Assembly (NCBI GenBank): GCA_963677925.2
Contig: CAXXYH010000003.1
Coordinates: forward strand, 1,536,001-1,600,000
Length of the DNA stretch: 64,000 nt
Source of the DNA: Spirochaetia bacterium
GTDB taxonomy: Bacteria > Spirochaetota > Spirochaetia > UBA9216
Direction of reading: 5' to 3'
Shown: one piece after another, positions 8,717 through 18,230 of the stretch
Position numbering within the stretch: position 1 is the stretch's first letter
Layout: the number at the start of each line of letters is the position of its first letter
Notes under the pieces: generated by a model
The model's input: only the letters and a program-made list of their open reading frames with translations
What the model was told of the DNA's origin: nothing
Database searches by the model: none
Position numbers and translations under genes: made by a program

Positions 8717-11101
8717 ATGAAAAAAGGGAATAAATCCGGAAAAGCATTAATTTTCCCTCTTTACCTTGTATTCATCATACTTTTCCCCTGTCCTTTTCTC
8801 GGTGCGCAGGATGCAGACACTGTACCTGTACCGCTCTTTATTGACGATATATATGCCGGCGAGATTTCAGCCGCTATACTGCCCGATGAATCTGTTCAGC
8901 TCAGGCCTTCTGAACTGATAGCATATCTTAGAGATCTGCTTTCAGATGAAACCATACAAACCGCAGAAATGATCTTTCCGGCGGAAGGCTGGCTCAACCT
9001 CACCGATATGGGAGGACTTGGCGTAAGAATAGTTTTCAAATTTGAAGATCTAACCCTTCATGTTTACATACCAGCACATCTTCGCCGTGAGAATGTCATA
9101 TCTCTTACGGGAAAAGAAGAAACTCCCGCAGGTAAAGAAATAACAAAACAGGATTTCAGCGCCTTTTTCAATCTCGGGCTATGGAGCCGTATTATCTATG
9201 AAACCATAACATTCGACTACTCTGTAACTCCCGAGCTTGGAATGAATATTTATGACTGGATAGCTGAAGCCCGGGGAGGAGTAAGGAGCGGCTCGGAACC
9301 TTTTTTTCTTGATTATGCCAGGGTTATTCATGACTTCAGAGCCTTATCCTACACTCTGGAGATCGGCGATGTTTCCTGGCCTGTAACAGGGTTAACAGGC
9401 ATTTCAAATATAACCGGGGCCTCATTCCGGCGGAATATCCGTATGGATCCTGATTATGACGACAGCCTGCCCTACACTAAAGAGATCTTTCTTCGTGAAC
9501 CTTCAAGGGTTGAGATATACCTTAACGATATAAAAATAAAGGAAGCTGATTATCAGAGCGGAACCTACATCTTCAATGATTTCCAGCTGTCCCGCGGTAT
9601 TAACAGGATATCCATAAAATGGCAGGACAGTGAAGGTCCGCATACAGAGGAAATGATCATTCCATATGAAAACAGTCTTCTGAAAGCCGGAGAACTTGAT
9701 ATGGGTATCTCGGCAGGAATTCCTGACCGGAACATCGTTCTTCCGGTGGTTTCTTCCTATCAGTATGCCGGACTGACCGACAGCCTGACCATGGGACTGA
9801 CGGAGGGATATAATTCGGACAACTCAGAAATCAGTATTGCAGCGGACTTTCTGTATTCTAGTAACTTCGGTACATTCAGGCTGTACCCGGAATGGGGTAT
9901 GATCTTCGGCGGAGGAATGAAAACTGCAGTGGAGCTTGGATACCAGTATCTGAATACCGGAAATGATTACTACTGGAATTTCGGAACAACAACAGGTTAC
10001 CGTTCCGACGCCATTCTGTATGCGCCTGAGACAGTTTCCTCGTTCTACTCTGATAATTATACAACACTACTGTTCCCGGGAGGCTTCAGCCTTACTCCGA
10101 GGTTTTTCTGGGAATACCGGATTGAAGAAGAAAAAAATATATTTAAACTCAGAGGCTCTTTCAAGAAAAGTATACGAGGCGGAAGTTCAATTTCTGCGAC
10201 TGTAGGGGTAGAATGGGATGACGGTCCGGCGTTTTCCGGTACCGTAAGCTTTTCTTCATCATTTCCTGAAGTTAACCAGAACCTCTACCTTCTGGAGAAT
10301 CTTGAAACACAGAAACTATCAGCCTACTGGAATAAATACGCATCGGATGCAGCAAGCGACTATACGCTGAATGTTTCAGCTGAGATACCTATCGAACTTG
10401 ATGAAAGACTTTCTCTGGGAGCCAGAGCCGGATATATACACAGTCTGTTCAACGGTTATGTATCGCATGATTTTGATACTATCATCGCGGCCGAAGAGAC
10501 CAGCAACTCAACTTCAATCTCTGCAGAGAGCGGAATAGTTTACACAGGCGGATACCTTGCTCTCACCGCACCGGTTCGGGATTCATTCATTATCATTGCA
10601 CCATCGGAGCAGTTCAGAGACAATATCCTTGATGTAAACCCCGGCACATCATCAAATATCACCGTAAGTACTTCACCCGGTGTTCTCTCCGGAGTTAATT
10701 CCTATTCCGTCAATAAGATAAATATTGAGGCCCAGGAGCTGATCCCCGGAATGGATGACAGAAATATGATGTATCATTTCACTCCTTCTTATAAATCGGC
10801 TGCAGTCATCTACCCTGAGATAGTCATAAGAGTTTACACAGGAGGCTATATCACAGATGAGGAAGGTACAGTGCTGGGGATGAAGCCAGGGCTTTTAACA
10901 GCAGAAACGTCAGAAGGAGAGCCTGTGACTGTTGAATTCTTTACCGACAAGAAGGGCTATTTCGAGGCTTATAATCTTGAACCCGGAAGGTATATACTTA
11001 AACTGGCCGGATTTGAGAATACACAAACAATTGAGATTAAAGAATCTGAAACCGGATACTATGATTCCGGAACTATTGTAATTAAGGGCAAGGGCAGATG
11101 A
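8717..11101 (+). CDS. Fimbrial outer-membrane usher
   Basis: Signal peptide; FSAFFNL, LEIGDV, plug-like PSRVEIYLND...FQLSRGINRISI, SLLKAGELDMGISAG, YAGLTDSLT; C-terminal FFTDKKGYFEAYNLEPGRY; 794 aa fits usher size. Confidence 0.82.
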   Translation: MKKGNKSGKALIFPLYLVFIILFPCPFLGAQDADTVPVPLFIDDIYAGEISAAILPDESVQLRPSELIAYLRDLLSDETIQTAEMIFPAEGWLNLTDMGGLGVRIVFKFEDLTLHVYIPAHLRRENVISLTGKEETPAGKEITKQDFSAFFNLGLWSRIIYETITFDYSVTPELGMNIYDWIAEARGGVRSGSEPFFLDYARVIHDFRALSYTLEIGDVSWPVTGLTGISNITGASFRRNIRMDPDYDDSLPYTKEIFLREPSRVEIYLNDIKIKEADYQSGTYIFNDFQLSRGINRISIKWQDSEGPHTEEMIIPYENSLLKAGELDMGISAGIPDRNIVLPVVSSYQYAGLTDSLTMGLTEGYNSDNSEISIAADFLYSSNFGTFRLYPEWGMIFGGGMKTAVELGYQYLNTGNDYYWNFGTTTGYRSDAILYAPETVSSFYSDNYTTLLFPGGFSLTPRFFWEYRIEEEKNIFKLRGSFKKSIRGGSSISATVGVEWDDGPAFSGTVSFSSSFPEVNQNLYLLENLETQKLSAYWNKYASDAASDYTLNVSAEIPIELDERLSLGARAGYIHSLFNGYVSHDFDTIIAAEETSNSTSISAESGIVYTGGYLALTAPVRDSFIIIAPSEQFRDNILDVNPGTSSNITVSTSPGVLSGVNSYSVNKINIEAQELIPGMDDRNMMYHFTPSYKSAAVIYPEIVIRVYTGGYITDEEGTVLGMKPGLLTAETSEGEPVTVEFFTDKKGYFEAYNLEPGRYILKLAGFENTQTIEIKESETGYYDSGTIVIKGKGR

Positions 11102-12048
11102 TAAAAAGAAGAAGCCTTTCAGTTTTTATTTTTCTGATAACCATAACGGCAGGGACCCCGGCCGCTGATATATTCGGGTTCAATGCACCTCCGGGAGGTG
11201 TATATTTAAACTGTTCATTTGAGCAGAATTCCGAAGTTAAGGTGGATATCACCGTTGAGCATGAGGGCGTCGGCATCAGCTCCTGGTTTATTGCTGCTGA
11301 TGAAGGAGCATCATCATCCTATGAACCAAGGCAGCTGGTTTCAGGGGGCAATACCCTTAATTATCAGATCTATAAGTCTGCGTCTCCATCCACAGAAATA
11401 ATCAAAGCGCCTCCCGAGGTACTGGCACTTTCGAATGTTGTCACTTCGGCCGATTTCTCCTCCGCGGCGGCAACTACTGAAACTCAGACATTCAGCATCT
11501 ATTTTTATGCATCTTCGGGGCAGTTTATTCCGGCCGGAACATATACTGATACAATAACCCTCTATCTTTACGAGGGCGACTATTCCAACGCCGGAACGCA
11601 TGTGCCGGTCGACAGCGTCAGCATTACCGTGAACGGGCGAATGGCCAGACTGATTGATATCTACAGTATACGTGAACCAGGAATCAGGTTCATGGATCTT
11701 ACAATAAGCCAGAGCAATAAGCTTATTGCAACAGTAAACGAACGAAGCAACTCGGCTACCGGATATACGGTTTCGGTTACAAGCTATAACCTTGAAAATG
11801 ATTCAGGCGGAGCGACCGCTCCCTTTTTCCTTCACAGCAGCGGAACCGGAAGCCTGGGATACAGCCTGACCTACGACGGAACACTGGTAGGCGGATGGTC
11901 ATCCGGCTCCGCTTTCATTACCGATTCAAATGCAACAACCCTTCCTGAATGGCTGTCAAAAGAACTTAGAATAAGCTACTCAGGAAGCCCTGTCCTGCCG
12001 GCAGGTGATTACGAAGATATTCTGACACTGACAATCAGTGCAAAATAA
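11098..12048 (+). CDS. Two-domain tip pilin/adhesin (CsuE-like architecture)
   Basis: ATGA overlap with usher stop; two domains ending PAGTYTDTITL and PAGDYEDILTLTISAK; second domain aligns by eye with the major pilin. Confidence 0.78.
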   Translation: MIKRRSLSVFIFLITITAGTPAADIFGFNAPPGGVYLNCSFEQNSEVKVDITVEHEGVGISSWFIAADEGASSSYEPRQLVSGGNTLNYQIYKSASPSTEIIKAPPEVLALSNVVTSADFSSAAATTETQTFSIYFYASSGQFIPAGTYTDTITLYLYEGDYSNAGTHVPVDSVSITVNGRMARLIDIYSIREPGIRFMDLTISQSNKLIATVNERSNSATGYTVSVTSYNLENDSGGATAPFFLHSSGTGSLGYSLTYDGTLVGGWSSGSAFITDSNATTLPEWLSKELRISYSGSPVLPAGDYEDILTLTISAK

Positions 12049-12071
12049 AATCTGTTGCAAAGCAGGAAATA

Positions 12072-13055
12072 TTAGCTGGTTTTTATTCTTTCATAAAAAC
12101 CTTTGCCATAAGTTCTGGCTTCATCAAGTATTTGTGAATTGTATTCGAAAGTTTCTTCTCTTGTTTTTCCCTGGACAATATGATTCCCAAGAATGAAACT
12201 GCCGTAAGGAGCATAGGTATCAAGAGCCTTCCTTACTTCTGCCCGTCTCTGCTCTTCAGTTGCATTAACGGAAGCCGCTTCACTGTGAGTATCAAATCCT
12301 CCAATAAAACTGTATCTATCACCGTATTTTTTTATTAAAGAGACTATGTCATTCTGGGGCTGACAGGAACTCCAGGCAACAGCACCCTCTTCAAGAAAAT
12401 CTTCTATATGAATCTCAGCCTTTCCACAACAGTGATTAATAGGTTTTGCACCAATGGCTTTAATAGCGTCATTTACTCTTTTATGTTCAGGTTTTATAAA
12501 TTCCCTATACATATCCGGTGATAAAAATGGTGCCGATTTATATGCAACATCATCATATATAACAATAAAATCAGGCTTGTAGTGCTCGGCTACTATGTTA
12601 ATGAATTTTATTCGATATTCAGTATGGGCATTCAGCAGCTCATGACAGGCTTCCGGATTATCCATCATGCTAAAAATCATTGATTCATAACCCATAAGAT
12701 CTAGAAGACGCTCAAAAGTACCGTTACCCATAGCGTATTCAACAATCTGTTCTTCTCTATTCAGATTTGCCAGTTCCTTTTCTGCCTTTTCTGCCCAGTT
12801 AATAGCATCAAGATCAGGGAAAGTTACCTGCTCCCTCCATTTAGTAATATCTGTCAAAACATAATCGGAACTAGGAGTAGCACCTTCAGGCAGATGCTCC
12901 CACATTACTCCGAAGCCATCTGGTCCTCCTCCGGCAGGACCTTTCTCAAAGGAATCCATCAACCCAACATTGTAGCGAACAGGTTTAGAATAGATGGGTA
13001 CATCTTCCGGAATTCCATGGGACAGGGCTTTTAAGTAATTTTCTTTTTGTGTCAT
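12072..13055 (-). CDS. UroD/MtaA-CmuA family protein (methyltransferase-like)
   Basis: MTQKENYL, DGFGVMW, DITKWRE, YDDVAY, NHCCGK, GGFD; start at ATG 13055 after GGAGG. Confidence 0.85.
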   Translation of the reverse strand: MTQKENYLKALSHGIPEDVPIYSKPVRYNVGLMDSFEKGPAGGGPDGFGVMWEHLPEGATPSSDYVLTDITKWREQVTFPDLDAINWAEKAEKELANLNREEQIVEYAMGNGTFERLLDLMGYESMIFSMMDNPEACHELLNAHTEYRIKFINIVAEHYKPDFIVIYDDVAYKSAPFLSPDMYREFIKPEHKRVNDAIKAIGAKPINHCCGKAEIHIEDFLEEGAVAWSSCQPQNDIVSLIKKYGDRYSFIGGFDTHSEAASVNATEEQRRAEVRKALDTYAPYGSFILGNHIVQGKTREETFEYNSQILDEARTYGKGFYERIKTS

Positions 13056-13152
13056 TTTATCCTCCGTTATAATTGGGCAAGCATACAAAAAGTATATTGG
13101 ACATGCATCTATACATATCCAATATATTTTGAGGGTTCGTTTATAAGGATTA

Positions 13153-14469
13153 TCAGACTATACCCAGTAAACCTAAAGTAGCCCATACAACTGTTATTAA
13201 TGCAATTACCCATGTAGCTACAATCATCTGATTCGGCAGAGCCTGGCGGACTTTTTCATTTCCACAAGCAGCAATAGTTAAGGCACCACCAGTACTAAAT
13301 GGTGAAAGCGCGGTTGTCAATCCGCCGAAAAAGATACAGGTATAAAGCATGCCAGGATCGTATCCCAAAGTAGAAGCAATACCAGGAACCAGCGGATACA
13401 TCAGCGGCATAACCGTAGAAATGGAACTTGAGAAAAAGCTCAGGAATGCAGAGAAGAACACTATAGATCCCGGAACAAGAAACCTTGGGATGGAACTTGA
13501 AAGGGCAACTGTTATTGCTTCTACAAGACCAGCTTCTGCTGTAACTTTTATCAGCATGTATACCCCAACAATCATGATAATGGTATTTATTGGGACCCTC
13601 TTAAGAACAGCTCGCTCAGGAGCCAGTTTCATAAGGGCACAAATAACTGAACCGAAAATCATAACAACCTGAGGCTGAAACAACTGATACATCACTGCAA
13701 TGACAGGATTTCTTGGCATCCAGGCATACAGAACGCTGGGAATAACCATGCAGAAGAAAGCGATAATAACAACAATAAAAGTTTTCTTCTGAACCGGGGT
13801 AAAGGCCGGGGGATTTGCGACTTCAATTTTTTTATTTTTATAGCTCTTAAATACAAAGTAAAAGATAATTATCAGTACACCGGCAATTATTGCGGTATTG
13901 GCCCACACACGATATGCAAGTCCCATTGTTTCCATGTTTATCTGAGCTGCGTCCATACCGGAATCAACATAATTGTCTTTCATCAGATTAAGGCCTACAA
14001 TTCCGCCGAATCCGTTAAATGGGTTTGAACAACCCATAATATTACCAAAACCTATGGCTATAACTGTTAATACCGGATGAACTCCTGCGGCAATTGCGAT
14101 AACAAAAACAAATGGTCCGATAATTACACCTGTTGAAGCACCTGCACCCAATCCTCCTACTATAGCAGCTGTAATTGCTATGGCGAATGGAATAATTTTT
14201 GCATTTCCACCAAGGGCATGGAGCAGTTTTTGACCGAGAACATCCATAGTCCCGTTTTCCATTCCATAAGAGAAAAATATCCCTATTGCAATAAGATAAA
14301 AAACGATAGTTGTGGGCCAGAACCTCATTATACTCATTGCACTAAGATCAAGAATAAGTGTCCCGATAATAAATGCAAAAGCCATAGCAAAAATGCCGGT
14401 ATTAAGATTCAACTTCCAGCCCAGTAAAATTGCTGCGACAATAGCAACTATACAAATAGCAAGATTCAT
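13153..14469 (-). CDS. SLC13/ion-transporter-superfamily permease (MatC-like carboxylate carrier)
   Basis: About 12 TM segments, N-terminal LNLNTGIFA, C-terminal SPFSTGGAL. Confidence 0.75.
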   Translation of the reverse strand: MNLAICIVAIVAAILLGWKLNLNTGIFAMAFAFIIGTLILDLSAMSIMRFWPTTIVFYLIAIGIFFSYGMENGTMDVLGQKLLHALGGNAKIIPFAIAITAAIVGGLGAGASTGVIIGPFVFVIAIAAGVHPVLTVIAIGFGNIMGCSNPFNGFGGIVGLNLMKDNYVDSGMDAAQINMETMGLAYRVWANTAIIAGVLIIIFYFVFKSYKNKKIEVANPPAFTPVQKKTFIVVIIAFFCMVIPSVLYAWMPRNPVIAVMYQLFQPQVVMIFGSVICALMKLAPERAVLKRVPINTIIMIVGVYMLIKVTAEAGLVEAITVALSSSIPRFLVPGSIVFFSAFLSFFSSSISTVMPLMYPLVPGIASTLGYDPGMLYTCIFFGGLTTALSPFSTGGALTIAACGNEKVRQALPNQMIVATWVIALITVVWATLGLLGIV

Positions 14470-14810
14470 TCTGAAACATCTCCTTTTTTGGTAGTTTTAA
14501 AAAAAACTATTTTTTTTCTTCTTCTAAGATGTAATCAGACTAACATTGGTTTTTTTTATACAACAAACAGTTTTTTCTGCTGAAGCAAAACATTGTGATA
14601 AGTGCACAATTTTAAAAATTTAATTTATATGATTAATACAAACAATAGTGATTTTCTTATAAATTATTACTAAATTTTTATAAATAGAAAATAAATATTG
14701 TAGTTATTTTTTTTAATTATGTTTTTATTGTTAAGATATTTGAGTAATTAATTTAATATTTAAAAGCAGCAAAAATGCTCAAGGCGTTTTATAGTCTGTA
14801 AAATTTTCTA

Positions 14811-14841
14811 AAAAAAAGCTGCCTGAATAAAACAGGCAGCT
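14811..14841 (-). terminator. Rho-independent terminator (second of a pair)
   Basis: AGCTGCCTG/CAGGCAGCT stem followed by a T run on the minus strand. Confidence 0.7.
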
Positions 14842-14863
14842 GAATTTTAATTGAATTACTTGT

Positions 14864-14902
14864 AAAAAAAGCCGACCGGATTCAGTTAATCCAGTCGGCT
14901 TT
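14864..14902 (-). terminator. Rho-independent terminator of the betaine transporter operon
   Basis: GCCGACTGGATT/AATCCGGTCGGC stem + T7 on the minus strand, ~25 bp after the permease stop. Confidence 0.8.
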
Positions 14903-14925
14903 ACTATCAATATTTTAAAAACATG

Positions 14926-15777
14926 TTATTCGTCTTTCTTCTTTCCGGCAAATGAATGTGTAATCCTGTCAATTACGATGGCAAGAAAAACTATCGACAG
15001 GCCGGCTTCAAAACCGCGGCCTACTTCGATCCTGTTGATAGCAAGCAGAACTTCCATTCCAAGTCCCTTTGCGCCGATCATTGAACCGATAACAACCATG
15101 GCAAGAGCCATCATTGTAGTCTGGTTGATACCGACCATTATCTGAGGCTTGGCAAGCGGAAGCTGTACATCAAACAGAACCTGTCGGCTTGTAGCGCCGA
15201 AAGCCTTCGAAGCCTCAACAGCCTCTTTATCTACAGTTCTTATTCCGACATTTGTCAGCCTGATTACAGGAGGAGCGGCATAAATAATGGTCGCAAAGGT
15301 AGCAGGCACTTTCCCCATACCGAAAAACATAAGCGCAGGTATCAGATATACAAAACTCGGCATAGTCTGCATACCGTCAAGCAGTGGTTTAAGAATAGTC
15401 TCTGCCCTGTCGTTTCTGGCCATCAGTATTCCTGTCGGGATTCCAATAAGCAGAGACAGTACAACCGATGCCATCACAAGACTCAGAGTCTTCATGGCAA
15501 GCTCCCAGTAACCGAAAATGCCTATCAGCATCATTAGAACCATAAATCCTAGTCCGCTTTTCAGCCTTCCCATCAGTTTCCAGCCTGCAAAACCCACAAG
15601 CAGGATAATGACGAACCAGGGAATATATAGAAAAACTGTCTCAAATGCCATTACAACATGAAGCATTATGGATCCTATAACATCAAAAAATCCATCAAGA
15701 TGCTTTAAAAGCCATGACATTGCCGCGTCTATCCAGTCTGCAAGTGAAATAAAAGGTATATCAGGAAATTCAATCAT
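14926..15777 (-). CDS. proW: Glycine betaine/proline ABC transporter permease
   Basis: LDGMQTMPSFVYLIP, RLTNVGIR, EASKAFGA, GINQTTMMAL; start at ATG 15777 overlapping the proV end. Confidence 0.92.
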   Translation of the reverse strand: MIEFPDIPFISLADWIDAAMSWLLKHLDGFFDVIGSIMLHVVMAFETVFLYIPWFVIILLVGFAGWKLMGRLKSGLGFMVLMMLIGIFGYWELAMKTLSLVMASVVLSLLIGIPTGILMARNDRAETILKPLLDGMQTMPSFVYLIPALMFFGMGKVPATFATIIYAAPPVIRLTNVGIRTVDKEAVEASKAFGATSRQVLFDVQLPLAKPQIMVGINQTTMMALAMVVIGSMIGAKGLGMEVLLAINRIEVGRGFEAGLSIVFLAIVIDRITHSFAGKKKDE

Positions 15778-16999
15778 GTTCACCCTCCGCCGGACTGATG
15801 CTTTCAAAAATACTGTCTGTAGTCACCAGGCCCTTAAGTTTATTATCCTCATCAACAACAGGTATAGGGTATTTGTTCTCGGTGACTATTGAAAAAAGAT
15901 CTTCAAGAATGGTGTCTTCAGTTACTGAAGGAACCTGCTGTAGTGTTGCATAAAAAAGCTTCTCAACACCGGCATCTTTGTCACTGAGCTTCAGAAGTTT
16001 ATCTTCATGAGCTACGCCCATCAGCTTTTTACCCTTGTCTACGACAAAAGCAGCCTTTCTGTTATTGTCTCGAAGAATTTTGAGAGCAGTCTTCGGTCCT
16101 TCCCACCCATACAGAAGTACCTGCGGGTCGGTCATAATACTTCCTGCAGTAAGAACCTTGGCAGGTGATGCATCCTTGACGAATTCCCTGACATAGTCAT
16201 TAGCAGGGTGTGTAACGATATTCTCTGGAATATCCTCCTGAACCACCTCACCGTTACGCATTATTGCTATGCGGTCTCCAAGCTTCAAAGCCTCATGAAG
16301 GTCATGCGTAACAAAAACGATGGTCTTCTTAAGTTTGTCCTGAAGCTCAACCAGTTCATCCTGCATCTGCCTTCTGATAAGCGGATCAAGTCCGCTGAAA
16401 GGCTCATCCATCAAAAGAATTTCGGGATCATTTGCAAGCGCACGGGCAAGTCCTACTCTCTGCTGCATTCCGCCGCTGAGTGAGCCGGGATAATAATCTT
16501 CCCAGCCCTTGAGGCCTACGGTCTCAAGCGTCCGCATAGCCTTGGCATATCGCTCGCCCTTGGGGACTCCTCTGACCTTCAGTCCGTATGCTGCATTATC
16601 AAGCACGGTCAAATGAGGCAGAAGACCATAATGCTGGAAAACCATTCCGAAAGTCTTTCTTCTAAACTCAAGCAGATTTTCACTGCTCATCTTGGTAATA
16701 TCACTGCCATTAATTACGATTGAACCTGAAGTTGGATTAACAAGACGAATAAGATTTCTGATAAGTGTTGATTTGCCGCTTCCAGAGAGCCCCATAAGAA
16801 TATAAAACTCTCCCTTTCTAATATTCAGGTTGATATTCCGCATGCCAATAATGCATCCGGTTTTCTTCTGAACTTCCTCTTTACTAAGATCTCTGTATTT
16901 CTTTCCGAGAACCCTCTTGGGATCACGTCCGAAAACCTTCCAGATATCTTTTATAACAATCTGGGGCGCTTCATGCGCCCCGTCAATATTTTCAGACAT
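15770..16999 (-). CDS. proV: Glycine betaine/proline ABC transporter ATPase with CBS domains
   Basis: GLSGSGKST, LSGGMQQRVGLARAL, LLMDEPFS, C-terminal CBS pair. Confidence 0.93.
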   Translation of the reverse strand: MSENIDGAHEAPQIVIKDIWKVFGRDPKRVLGKKYRDLSKEEVQKKTGCIIGMRNINLNIRKGEFYILMGLSGSGKSTLIRNLIRLVNPTSGSIVINGSDITKMSSENLLEFRRKTFGMVFQHYGLLPHLTVLDNAAYGLKVRGVPKGERYAKAMRTLETVGLKGWEDYYPGSLSGGMQQRVGLARALANDPEILLMDEPFSGLDPLIRRQMQDELVELQDKLKKTIVFVTHDLHEALKLGDRIAIMRNGEVVQEDIPENIVTHPANDYVREFVKDASPAKVLTAGSIMTDPQVLLYGWEGPKTALKILRDNNRKAAFVVDKGKKLMGVAHEDKLLKLSDKDAGVEKLFYATLQQVPSVTEDTILEDLFSIVTENKYPIPVVDEDNKLKGLVTTDSIFESISPAEGEHD

Positions 17000-17002
17000 C
17001 GA

Positions 17003-17953
17003 TTATTCTCCGAGAGCAGCCTTCACCTTGTCTGCTACATCAGCTGAAACCCACTTGGTCCAAACATCTTCCTTGTTTTTAAGGAACCATTCTGCAGCCT
17101 GAGTTGAATCCCAGTCATTTTCATCCATTTTTGCAAGGAACTCATTGTTGTCAGCTACGGTAGTTGAATACTTTTTCAGCATTTCAACAACATCCGGAGC
17201 TTTTTCAGTCATACTTTTGTTCACGAGAATGTTGACATCGGCAGCTTCATATTCAGACCCGGGAAGTCTAACCATATCAAACTTGCCGAGAAGCGCAGTT
17301 GGAGCCCAGTAGTAACCGCAAACTGCTTCACCTTTCTGGTAGGCTCCTGCGATAACACCGATAAGAGCGGCATTTGAACCTGCTACACCAAGATTGAAAG
17401 TGTCTTCAAGATTATTGTCATTGAAGATTTTCTCTGAAATTTCCATCTGTGACCAGCCGGCAACACCTCCGTACACAATGCCTTTCTTTGGATCTTCAGG
17501 ATCCTTGAAAAGATCAGCATATTTCGGCAGATCAGCTACAGACTTAAGTCCAGGTGCAAGAGCGTCGGAACCTTCAACCACGTATCTGGGAACCCACCAG
17601 CCCTGAGGACCGTCAGGCATATTCTTTCCGAGGTCGATTATATCACCAGCTTCAATATACTTGTCGTATGCTTCCTTCCAGTTTGAGTGCCAGGATTCCA
17701 TGTCAACATCAACATCACCCTGAGCCAGACCGTTTGCAATAGGCAGAGTGTCGCCGGGAATAAACTCGGCCTTGTATCCTTCCATACCGTTTTCAATAAT
17801 GAAGGCTACAATCCGGTTATGAACCTGAACACTATCCCAGGATACATCACCGAATACGATTGTTGTTGCATCAGCATCCTGCTGCCCCCCTGCTGTTACG
17901 GCCATTGGAAGGGCAACGCAAAGCATGATTAGTAAAAACACTAATTTTCTCAT
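17003..17953 (-). CDS. proX: Glycine betaine ABC transporter substrate-binding protein
   Basis: Signal peptide (AGGQQD), SWDS, ESW, GWWVPRY, YYWAP aromatic-cage residues. Confidence 0.88.
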   Translation of the reverse strand: MRKLVFLLIMLCVALPMAVTAGGQQDADATTIVFGDVSWDSVQVHNRIVAFIIENGMEGYKAEFIPGDTLPIANGLAQGDVDVDMESWHSNWKEAYDKYIEAGDIIDLGKNMPDGPQGWWVPRYVVEGSDALAPGLKSVADLPKYADLFKDPEDPKKGIVYGGVAGWSQMEISEKIFNDNNLEDTFNLGVAGSNAALIGVIAGAYQKGEAVCGYYWAPTALLGKFDMVRLPGSEYEAADVNILVNKSMTEKAPDVVEMLKKYSTTVADNNEFLAKMDENDWDSTQAAEWFLKNKEDVWTKWVSADVADKVKAALGE

Positions 17954-18230
17954 AAATACTCCTTTATTTTTTTATTAGTATTCTAATTATTTACAAATGT
18001 ATAAAACCGGTATTTTACCCGATGTTAACAGCTATAAATATTTAATTTTTTTCAGTGTAGTTATTTAATATAGTTAATAAGTAAAGCAATGATGTAACAA
18101 TACTATACAATTTATAACTTTTACTTTCAACACTAAATAATAGTTTTATTACTATTTCAGCCTTCACTTGAAGAAATGCAGATTGAGCATTAAAATTAAA
18201 TAAGAAGCTTTTAAATAGAAGAGGAGCACC

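Noticed and set aside
14470-14810. Replication origin in the very AT-rich stretch
   Set aside because: No clustered DnaA boxes (TTATCCACA) and no replication genes nearby; better explained as a promoter region.
17954-18230. c-di-AMP riboswitch or LacI site upstream of the betaine transporter
   Set aside because: No riboswitch consensus is visible; AAAACCGGTATTTT near 18003 is too weak to call.
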